From: Blasia pusilla
Taxonomy: Eukaryota
Reading direction: 5' to 3'
NCBI GenBank assembly: GCA_050084515.1
Contig: CM114271.1
Location: 25,296,001-25,360,000 of the forward strand
DNA length: 64,000 nt
Positions within the stretch are counted from its first letter, which is position 1. Each line of letters begins with the position of its first letter. Shown one piece after another: positions 50,029-61,135 of this stretch. The position numbers were made by a program, and so were the translations under genes. The notes beneath the pieces are model-generated. The model saw only the letters and a program-made list of their open reading frames with translations, was not told the origin of the DNA and made no database searches.

Positions 50029-53000
50029 AATCTTATGCTATGGATCCAACTCACTACCATACATCGATATCACGAAATATATTTAGACAACATATGAAAA
50101 ATCTACCTTATATGGTTTTAAAACTTGAGTGAATTCATACTTAGTTTCCCGTGGTTATACATTCCCCGAATATTACAATACTTAAGAATAACCTCAATTG
50201 TCTCACCACCAATAGCATGCGCATATTCAACCAAGGCTTGTGCCTTCCTAGTTGTTGGATAATCCTTCCCAAGGACTATTTCCCATACATCATGATAAAT
50301 GTGAAGGATGAGTTTTCGGAGCACCCTACGCATTAGCCATGCTAATGGTGCTCCACTCTGCTTCCTCCATATCACAAAGTCTATAAATCGCACATATACA
50401 AAGTGATCTTCTAAATAGAACAACCTATTCCTAGCTGCCTTGGTCGCCTATTGAGGATCCAATAATGCTTAGAGTAAGCATGGAAGTAATAAAATTTCAC
50501 CCTTGCAGATTCAAGGAGGGAAAGGAGTCATGTTGTGACTTATCAAGGAAGTGGGAAATATTATTAGAATAACTCAAATGATTTACAAATATGTCTATTG
50601 TGCAATGAGCCAAACATGAAGGACAACTCAAAGATCAGTGCAATTGCAAGTGGAATTAGAGTTAGTGAAAAGAACTCAAAGATCTGTGAAGCAAGAGTAG
50701 GGGTGAATTCTACTGGATGAGAAATTGACTTAGATTGGAGTCATGATATGGTGGAGGCACAAAACATGAAGTTTTCAATGGCAGGGAGCATTTAGATAAA
50801 GAGAGTAGACATATAATGACGAGGTATATACACAAGCAAGGAAATGAAGCTAGAGATGGTTTTCATGGTGGAAAAGAAACTATGGTTATATCCAGTGGAA
50901 TGGTGAACTATTTTGAGTCCATTCTCTGATTCCTTAGGATATAAGTGAGACTCAATTTCTTCTCATATGGACAATCAGAAAAGAGGAGAAAAATCTGTAC
51001 CTAAAATTGAGAAGGAGCTAGATGAACGTTGTAGGTCATCACAGACTCTTGACATGCACTGTACAGAGCCAATATTTAGGGTACATTCAACTCTAAAGGT
51101 ATGGTCTACATATATGGTATAGTCTCACACATTTGACTTTGAGATCATCTAGATATTATTTCAATAGTTGTAGTAGGTGGGAGGAGTAAGGATCCATAAC
51201 TATATGATACACTTATGGCTTTCTTGATTTGGTCAAACTTGATGCAATGGGAAGATGAAGACGACATTTTGGAGCGTCCCTCAAGCTTTCCAAAACGATC
51301 TAGGAAAGGTTTTTTGCCTCATATTGGTGCTAACATGATCTCTTCAGTAGTTGGGCTCACTCAAGATCGCCCCTTGCTTGGAACTCGGCGATTTTTGAGG
51401 CTTGAACCTTTTGTGTTCCTTTTTGTTTGCCCCGCCTAACAATACCCTTGCCTTTGTAACATGGACCATCTTGTCTCGCTTCTCAAGACTCAAATCGCTT
51501 GCCACTAGTTGAGTAGTCATGTGAATGGCAGCCGTTAGCTTCCCAAAATTAGCTTTTGGCATAACACTTTTCTCCCTCAGTTTCCATTTCATAACATCTT
51601 GGATGGCATTGCTCCCACAAAGTTGAAGATTTGATTGATTTTTGACATATCGTCAATCTTTACCAATGTTTTTTGGAATTAAATAATGATAATTGCAATC
51701 GAGCCTCCCAATTGCATTTGTTGCAATCAAATTTTGGCTTGGATTTCTTGATCTTAAGGTACCAAACACCTCCTCATTTATATGATGAGCACCCCAAAAA
51801 CTAGCTCTATGTGTAAAATCTGGAATAATGATATTTGAAAATAGTAACTAAAGAATCTTTTGTTAGCTAATTTGAAATTTGAAAGCACATGACTAATTTT
51901 GGCATTTGAAATGGATAAATAGCATGCATGCAACGTTTTACATTTCTTAACCCTTCACACCAATTGGTAGGGAATCATGGTCGGGTTCAACTCATGCCAA
52001 AGATATATCTAAAGGGAAGAGGATTGTGAGTGAGGAGGGATTAGAAATTAGAATCGACTTGCTAAGGAGGAGGGGCAAATTATATATTTGAATCCATTAA
52101 CAAGAAATGGCTAGTAAGGTGCCTAAGCCATGCACATCACTCCTTTTATCCTAAACCCTATATATTCATGTCATTTTCTTACATATATGTGGCTCAAAGT
52201 TGCAAAATGTACATTTTGGAGAAACTTAAGAAAAATCAATCCTTCCGTCACTATATGTAAACCTTTCCTCCCATCAACTATAACCGGAAAATGATCACCC
52301 CACCACTTTGGCCTCCATAAGAAAACATTTCGGGCTATAAATCAAATTAGCTGAGTTATATTTAATTTTTTATTATCTTTTTTTAATTCAACTGCCTCCC
52401 TCAAAATGACACCAAATAAAATTTCCGCTTCTTCTTGCTCTATCCTCTTTAGATAGATTAAATAAAAAAATTAAAAAACATTTTAAAGTTGGACGGTTAA
52501 ATAGCCGTCATTATTAAAAGCATATTTTTCCCGCCGAATTGAAAATGGAATATGGCCGACTAGCCAGGTGGAGAAAATACCTGATAATATTAAGTAGTAA
52601 GTACGCCAGAAAACGGGAAGAAAGGGGGAAAAAGCCCAGAGCTTGCTTTGTCTTGGGTGAAATATGTACTTTTGTTATCGGCTCCACCTCCGGCACATGG
52701 ATGAAATTCGTACTATCGGAGTCCGTCCTCAAGTACTACGGAAAGAAAATAAAATATTTACGGAAGGATAAACTGAATAAAATAAAAGTATACGCGTGTG
52801 AGGGAATAGTTTGCTGGTTTTGGAATCCGGTATGCTGGACACCACGATTAGTCCACGTGTAGATGGGCCAAAAGGCCCACTCGGCTCTTGTAGGAGCGTA
52901 TCGGGAAAAAATATTTCTTTTTTTATTAGGGCATGAACCCTAAAATTCACGATTTGCTCGGAGTAGATGAAAATAATGGTGCATATTTAAAGATGTGAAA

Positions 53001-53337
53001 TGGTTGAAGAATAGTACATCGTTCTCGATTCACGCGAGGGACATTCCAAGTAGGGTCCAGGTAGTTTTTTTATTAAATAGGGCGGTAAATTTTAGAGTTT
53101 TCCTGATTTAGATTCAAATATAAAGGAAAGTTCATGTATCCCTGGGTGATTGAAAAATTAAATTAGTAATTTAAAAATTCTTCCGGCTAGCTCAAACGCA
53201 ACCCGGTTCTTCTTGGACATTGATTCCGAGTCCTCCCAGGATCACATGTTGGGAATTATTACATTCTACATTTTGTTTCTATTCATATTTCATCTTCTTT
53301 CGATCATTGTAAAATCGACATGCTTTTAAGAAGAAAA

Positions 53338-53736
53338 CTAGTAAGGTTCTCGTGCGATGCACGGGAAATAAAAAGATACTTGGAGAGTTAGTGAATAGTC
53401 CGTGAAGGGAAGAGATTAATGATGTTGCATTTAAATTCAAATTTTTTCTTGCTGCCAAATTGCCACATGTCAAACAGAGAGGTGTTTGCAAATCAAGAAG
53501 GAACTCTCCAATAAAAATATAAATAAGGTGCTTGCACAATGCAAGGGAAGTAAAAAAAGTATTTTAAAAGCTACCGTATAACCCGTGAAATGAAGAGATT
53601 AATTATGCTGCAAATAAATTCAAATTTTTTTCTTGTTGCCCGTAGCATGTGAAATATTTTCTTGCTGCCCAATTGCCACGTGTCAAACAGAGAGGTGTTT
53701 GCAAATCAAGAAGGCACTCTCCCATAATAAGATAGA
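53338..53736 (-). mobile_element. Mini non-autonomous Helitron (399 bp)
   Basis: Minus strand reads A|TCTATCTTATTATGG ... ttcccgtgcatcgcacgagaa-cctta-CTAG|T, inserted in an AT dinucleotide. The 5' ~130-150 bp is internally duplicated. Confidence 0.85.
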
Positions 53737-54805
53737 TGATGAGAGCACACCGGGTGGTCCCATCATGTGGGTTTTAGAATCAGAAGGTACCCGAGATGAG
53801 GGAGGGATGATTTTTCGATTGGAACCCGTACATAGCCAGTATTTCATAGTCAGGAAGGGAACGGTCAAACCGATTTTGAGACGCCATATACAAAGAAAAT
53901 CCCCTTAATATTTTCAGGTTTTTTGACTAAAATTTAAAGAACACATAAATTTTTCGTTTTAATCGGCTACGATTACTTGTAACCGCGTCTCTACCCGATC
54001 ATTGGAAGGAACTAGTAAGCACCCGGTGATGGTGCCGTGGAAGGAACTTTGTTTAATAATTCATGTTTAAGATGTTTTAATGTTGTTGCCCCAAAATTTA
54101 TTTTTGAGGGAGTAGTTAAAAAAATAGTGTCCTTCAATTGAATCAATTAGTATAAAAGGTCAATTGAAACCATATTCAAATAAGATAATGATTTTCCACA
54201 ACCATGTTAAACAATGTCTACTTGCAATAGTTTGCATTCATTTAGTCATTTCCTCTAAATTTAATGATTATACCTTCTTTCTCAATATGGTTACTTTTTA
54301 TTTTTTATTTTAACCAGACAACAATATGATCATATAGGGATAGTCGAGAGCATCCATGATTACCCAAGTTTCAACAAAATATTCGCTATGGCATGTATGG
54401 GATTTTTTAGAAATCTTTAGAAATCTTTAAGTTTAGTTTCCATGTTTTTTAGAAAATAAAGGTGCCATTATGCCATATTAATTATAGGATATCCGACGAA
54501 AAACTCACGATTGAATTTTTGGGAAGTTTTGAAAAAGTTACATTACCATAAGATATGCATTCAAGTTTTGACAAGTACTGGCAAGTTTGCTATCTAGCGA
54601 AGACCTATGTGCTCTTTTCTAATCATTTTTACCAAATTGAGATCCTTGGTGCATGTCAAAAATTTCATAATATTAAACAAGGGAAATTGTGTAATTTTTT
54701 TGAATAATAGTACTAACTTCTTATGAGAAAAATACCAACCTGTTTAGACCTTTCCCCCTATGTGATAGAGAAAAGTAGAAAGGGAGTGGGATCTCAAAAT
54801 TTAGC

Positions 54806-55233
54806 CAAGGTTGCATGGAAACGGACTTGTCCATCTATGCCCAACGGGTCCCTTGCCCAAGTTTCTTTGGTACTCTTGTTGCCCGTGCACGCTCAAGAGG
54901 AGGGAAAAGGTGCCGAAAGGATCGAATGGGTGTGTGCGCTACAAGCCCTCACCAAGCCCGCATGAAGGCTTGTAGCGCACACACAACAGGCTTCGCGGCA
55001 TGCACGACTTACCCTCTATAGGCCTACTACGAGCCATGCGGGCTTGATGCGGGCCTCCACGGACTTTTTCCGGGCTATAGAACGCGTGATGGGTCGTTGG
55101 ACTAGGTGCAGACTGGTTGAGTCGGGTCTAGGTTATAGGTGGGATGGGCCTACACGAAAAATATCGTCGGACGAGTCTTTCCCTATGACAGTCATAAGAC
55201 CACGGATAGATATTTTTTCCATGTGCAACCTTG
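54806..55233. mobile_element. hAT-type MITE (428 bp)
   Basis: TIRs caaggttgca...tgcaaccttg; flanks aatttagc/aattaagg (6/8). Confidence 0.78.
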
Positions 55234-56239
55234 AATTAAGGCTATTTAACAAGCTTCATATAGTGTGATTTTCAAAATCCAGTTGAGAGATAGAGATAAT
55301 GGAGAACCCCAAATCCATTTGGAATTCACATTAGAGGGGATAAATAAAATTTCTAAAAAGTCAAAATTGTTATTTGCACAACGTTGTTTTAAACCCACCT
55401 TTTTTTTTAGATTAGATTTGAATATATCCACATATGTTTGAAATATCTATGAAGAATTTATTTACGAATTTAGTTGAAAAGTAACTTCCAAAATTTCCCG
55501 TTATCCATATACTAATTGAGTCTAATGGATGGCCCATGTGATGTTGAGTAATTCGAGTTATCAATTATTATTTTGAAATTTGATCCAATAACTAAGTTGA
55601 GCCTCATAGTTGAACTTTTAGATGACCATAAGATATGCGGAACATTGATCAAAATTTATGAAAGATATGCATAGTTCCATAATCTATATACTAATTGGAG
55701 GATGCATTTTTTTGCTGCTCCTTTATTTAACACGCTATGTCCCATTTCTGTCAAAAATACTTTTGGTTGCCTTAAAATTTAACAGGGATCAAAGGAAGAA
55801 AAAATTGATATAGAGAATGAATAGTGATGTTTGCACAACATGCTGCCTCACAAGCCCTAACACATAATAATAAATATGGGAGGATTGAATGGTGTGGTAT
55901 TCAATGGTCAAGAGGTCCAAGAAATCAGAAATATCCATTTCGTTCAAAATTGGTAAAAAAAATTACTGTCCTCGCTATGAAATATTGGCAATGCATCGGT
56001 TGGTGTGGAAACACCACTAGGGTCTATGGACCCTATTGGTGTGTCATGTTTGGCCTTCGGGCGTCAGACAAAAGTACTTCTTCAGGTTGATGAATGATGA
56101 TCCATTTTAGTGTTAGAAAAAAATTGAGGAGTGAGAACCTTCGATAGAAGGGCACCATCCGAAACAAACCACAATTTTTTTATGATGTTTTTATTAAAAG
56201 GGGAACTCTTTTAAATCATATCTATTGGTCATGCACTAG

Positions 56240-57400
56240 TTGCAACAATCCATAGCTCTTGCCTTGTCAAGTCGAACATGTATCCTTAACAACAAACTTG
56301 AGCAACTAAGACATAGGAATCCCAACTTATCAGACAAAGATATTTACTCTCAACTGTCCAAATATAACTTTAGTGCCCAGATCCCAGGGAGCCCATCCTT
56401 GCACCGTCGCCACCTACGAGACTTGAAAGCTATGGTAGCTAAGTGGGAGATGCCCGATTTATTCTTGACGCTAACGTCAGACGAGGTATCAAACAGTAGG
56501 AGGCAAGAAGTCTATGATATTGAGCATCTAGGACATAAGCTCAACCTAAACTTTTCATGGAGAGATGCTCCAGTTGAGTGCATAGTTTTATTCCATACCA
56601 GATTGAAAATTTTCTTCAGCAAGTATATACTATCCAACCCACATATTCTTGGTTGAGTCAACAATTACTTAATTCGTTACGAGTTACAAGGTAGGGGTAG
56701 TCTTCATTCATACATAATCTTGTGGATTGATAAAGACGACGTGGAGTAGATGGCTTCTGAAATATGCTGCTATATTCCCGGAGATGCAGACTCCGCCTCA
56801 AGTATTGGTCCTAACAGTGATTCAGTTGATAAGCTTCGTCATTACGTCACAACCAAGCAATTGTACAAGCGAAAGCAGGGAGTTTGTACAATTAAGGCAA
56901 ATTCTACCCACCCACCTTACTGTTGAATGGGATTCCCTACACCCCCAAGTTTTCACCTCGATCCATATATAGATAGTAAAACTCTGAAATGGATTTATTA
57001 CCAACGTGGAGACCGTCATCGCAATGTCATACCCTACCACCCAGTTGTTCTCCTATTGCGGGGCGCACACATGAATTTACAATGAGTAACTAATGTTCAA
57101 TGGTCCCTGTACTCGCTTAAGTGCGAGCCGCAAGGTGCAGTGAACATTACAACATAGTGTGCTGGGTGTCGGGGTTTAGAAGGCTTCTTGATGAGGTCAC
57201 GCTTAAGCTAATATTTGGGCTTGTACTAAACATACTAGTGTTGTCCACAGAGGCACCACTCACCTCCATCAAGATTCCTATCATTTTTAGATCGCAATCT
57301 ATCAAGTACATTGACTCCAACCCTCCATCCAAGAGGACTCATCTATATAAAAACCCTACAATTCTCTGCATACACCCAACTATAATCTATGCTCATCGAC
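56240..57400 (+). mobile_element. Degenerate Helitron Rep (HUH endonuclease) domain
   Basis: IPGSPS...DLKAMV..W.MPDLFLTLT (motif 1), RYELQGRGSLHSYIILW (motif 2), RNVIPYHP.VLL..GAHMNLQ and Y.LK (motif 3 remnant); stops and frameshifts present. Confidence 0.88.
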
Positions 57401-57456
57401 TAGATTATCTATCTCCATCAATATTTTTCAATACAAGTCCTCATGTATTTATTCAG

Positions 57457-58304
57457 AATGGCAACCAATGACGGCTCAACAAGGGGTCGTGGAAGGAAGG
57501 CTGCATCATCCGCTGTACCAATCTAGCCTGTTGAGAAAATAAGTTCTCATGTGGGACATGTTCGCCACTCAACAATAATTCAAAGCAATAGTAGCTCACC
57601 AAATCACCATACGACAACCGTCCGCAAATAATCCCTCCAACTGATGCACAGTTGAGGTACGCCAATAGCCTAGGTCTAGATGAGTCTTACTATGGTGGAG
57701 ATATTTCCAGCCGGAAAATGAGCAGACTCATTGATGAAAGGAAGTCTTGGGCATGCTCATTCAGAGAACTACGAAAACACCCACCAACAAGAGGTACTTT
57801 CAGTGTAATACCCTCTTAAATCAATTCCACACCTCCAATGTTTTCTTCTTCAATCTTTCTTCTTTACTCATTGTTTACTATATGCAATCAGATATTCAAA
57901 AAGATGTTATGGTCCATAAAGGGGTTTTGTTCAATGAATTGGAGCTAACAAGGCAGCAAGCAGCTTCCCATTTCACCCGCCTCACTGCTGGCATTAAGCC
58001 TGACCAGGTTCAGGAATTACGAGTAATCATGAAACTACCTATCGAAATGCTTGTGGATCTCACCTCAACAAAGGCATCTCACCTCCTTGCCCGCCTCAAA
58101 AGTGTCCAGGAAGATGGGACTATATCAGACGTACCTGACATTGACCAGTATAGCACCGTAGACGCAATGTGTATCCCAGCAACGGGACTGATGTCTGCTC
58201 GAGTTTCTGGTAGTAGATCTGCTTCTGTGAACTTTCAGAAAAATAGTGCCTCCTACCATGGACCTACCTTCCTAGAGTCCCCGAACAAATGGGAATATGC
58301 TTAG
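57457..58304 (+). pseudogene. Spliced, lesioned ORF: Cys4 Zn-ribbon-like motif plus three helical 'Q...LT/IS..AS' repeats
   Basis: Frame from 57481 reads ...CTNLAC*ENKFSCGTC...PPTDAQLRYANSLGL...ISSRKMSRLIDE...HPPTR. A phase-1 GT-AG intron (57794-57891) joins it in frame to DIQKDVM..KG...ELTRQQAASHF...PDQVQELR...DLTSTKASHLLARL. Confidence 0.5.
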
Positions 58305-61135
58305 CTGATTCCAAGTAAGTGTACTTGTTGTGGCAACTTTCTCCCCTTATTTTACTCGTATAAATTTTTTTAGCTCAAACTGATTGTTGTTCATGTTTTC
58401 TTCCCTGTCACCAGATGTTTGCTGTTGAAAAATTGGAGCTCACTACAGCCAATTTCATGTTGGTTGTACTTTTGCCACAGTGGTTAAACACGTGACTCAA
58501 TTGTAGGCACTTAGTTGTATATCATGAAACATGATGTTAGACACTATAAAGTTATGTCGCGTCATTATTTTGCAACCTAGCATGTCGGCCAGAATACTTT
58601 TGTGTTCCACTTCCAGACCAACTATGAACTCACACCAGCATTTTGTGCTAAGTTTTGGTGTACCATTTTCTTTATATATTGTCTTATACATATATTCACA
58701 TGTGTGACGGTGTCCACTTTTCCATTGATGCGTTCATTCTTTGTTTCTGACACACACACTTCCTGCCACACTATTCAGTTGCACAACATCACTATATGCT
58801 CTCATATTGCCTCTGCTACCAACTTCTTGCATGATTTCTCTTTCTAAGCGCATTCTTTTATGTTGTTGACTATTCATGCTTACTCTTGCTTTACAACAAT
58901 GTATTCGGCCGTTGCCACTATAGTACATTGTGCTTGTTTGTACTGTGCAGAAACGGAAATGAGTTGCACATTCCACAAGTAGCGACTATGGTACATTTGT
59001 CAAACAACTAGCTGCATTTGGCCACAAGCAAGAGAAGAAGGGGAAATTCACTCTCCACCTGAATTATGATGTATTTTCCGGCCCACACCATGTATAGACC
59101 AGTCGCTTACCAATTGTGCCAGCCCATATATTTGATGATGATGTCCGTTCTCTTCACGCTAGTCATGCCCAACTTCGAGAAGCCAACTCCCACTACAATG
59201 CACTGCGTACTGTGCTAGCGCAAGTTCACGAGCCACACCGGAGCACCATTTCCGTGCTAGCAAAGTGGAAACAGTATGTTGATGCTAATTCTGATAAACT
59301 TCTGGCTTTGGTGAAGTAAATTGATAATCACTATCCCAAGGACACTACTGTATCTGAAGGAATATGCAATATTCAGTCCTTGATCCACCTGTACAACTCG
59401 GCTTAGTGTGTTGCTTGCAGAATTTCGTGAGTTGTCATTTTGAACTCCAACATAGATATAACAACAGTTTTCTATAGGTGTGAGATGGCACTTTTTCCAC
59501 TGGCCACTCTTTTGTGTTTTACACCTTACCATGACACACTCAATATAGGTTGCTCATTCCTATTTTGTACCACGTTTGCCAATATAGTTGTCCCTGTTTT
59601 ACAATAACAAGTCGGCATGTGGCTGTTTGTGTCCATAAATAATATATGTTGTGATTTGAGCTTATCCCCATCGCGAAGTTCTTTGCTTATTCTTTCATCT
59701 GTTGTTAATTCATCAATTGTTATTCATAATACTTGCTCAACAATTTTGCTGCCTTTCGCACCATTGCACTAATTACTATATGTCTCTGCACATGGCTTTG
59801 AAGGTACATGAATGCCTGCATACACCCACAAATCGTTATGCACACAACTTTTGTGGACTCGGCGTCCTCTGCTTCTAACAATTTCTACAAACCTTCCAAG
59901 AGTTTGCAGTATGCTTACCTTAATCCCACCCGTCCTTCTATTAGCTTAACCACAACCTCCTCGTCATATAATTCCTACATTCATTTTCAGCATGCGCTGC
60001 ATGTTGTATTTCATATTGATAAGGATTCCGCACCGTGGACATATTATGATGTTGCAAGCCACCTCTCAAGCATAAGGTCACCCAAAACATGTTCATTTGG
60101 TATGCACATAACAAATGCAAGTAAGCATTTTTAATTATTTGAGTACTACTTGGTTAATACTACAACACATTCATAGAACACTCACGGTTACAACAGTTTA
60201 CCGATCCTACTCCTTTTACCACGTGTTCAAATAGATTCACTATACGGCATCGGACATTTTTTTTACTACACCACAATATCACCAACCACCTTTATTGCAT
60301 CTCATTTCTTCACAAAGCAGCAGCATTTCTTCATATTGGTTGGAGAATGCTTTCTTATTTGCAAATTCGTGACCCTTTGTCACATATTAGAAGAATTTGT
60401 TTTTTATATGTGTGGTTTAGTCACTAATACCAACAAGAACTGAAATACGTTGTCTTGGGGCCGCCGGAGGATCCAGGCTCGGATTATTACCGCATTGTGA
60501 AAGAAGGGAAACCGGGACTTTTTCCCGGCAGTTCCAATTCCGGGAAATCGTTAATACAACCAGCCAAAGTTGGAGAGAGTAATTGGAATCAAAACCGCTA
60601 CTAACGTAGGGGTTTTTGAATCCATGGTTTAAGTTAGTAGGGGTTTTAATTTTGTGAGTAAAACGGAAGGGAAAAGACTAAATTTGAAAAGATGGCTATA
60701 TACACAGCAGAGAATTATTATCCGCCGGACAGAGGGACTCGGGAGGGATACGGCTGATCAAATGTTGACGGGTAAAACCTCGAGGGACTAGAAAAGGTTG
60801 CGGTGGATGGATCGAAGGAGGCTTATTCGATATTCCAAGCACACCACGGGAGTCTGAGCAATTTTATTTCCATCCGAGCGCCCACCCGGATCTGGCTCAA
60901 ATAGCGCCAATCGTTGTGTGCATTTACAGTACTCCGGTTTGGAGGCCGTCGGAGCCACTCTCTCACGCAGAGCTCCTCGTTCGTCTCTCCCTCCGAGGTT
61001 CGATTTTGACAGAGCGTCGGGGAATGTCCTGGGGCGGCAGCTTCGATAAGAAATCCCGAGTGGGAGGGAGACGATCTCACGCGGAGCCTTCGAGACGGTA
61101 AGCCGAAGTGGAAGATTGGGAGTGGGAGGGAAGCG

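Noticed and set aside
50118-50423. Possible Gypsy integrase Zn-finger relic (ILHIYHD...KYCNI)
   Set aside because: Key His/Cys residues are missing; too degraded to call.
53181-53250. tRNA-like start (ggctagctcaa), also ggttcaactc at ~51985
   Set aside because: No cloverleaf or properly spaced A/B boxes.
54012-54040. Second minus-strand Helitron 3' end (actagtaagcacccggtgatggtgccgtgg)
   Set aside because: The hairpin is degenerate and no 5' end was located; plausible but unsupported.
58980-59319. Coiled-coil-like ORF (LRTVLAQVHE...WKQYVD)
   Set aside because: May be a further exon of the 57.5-58.3 kb gene, but the splice links could not be established.
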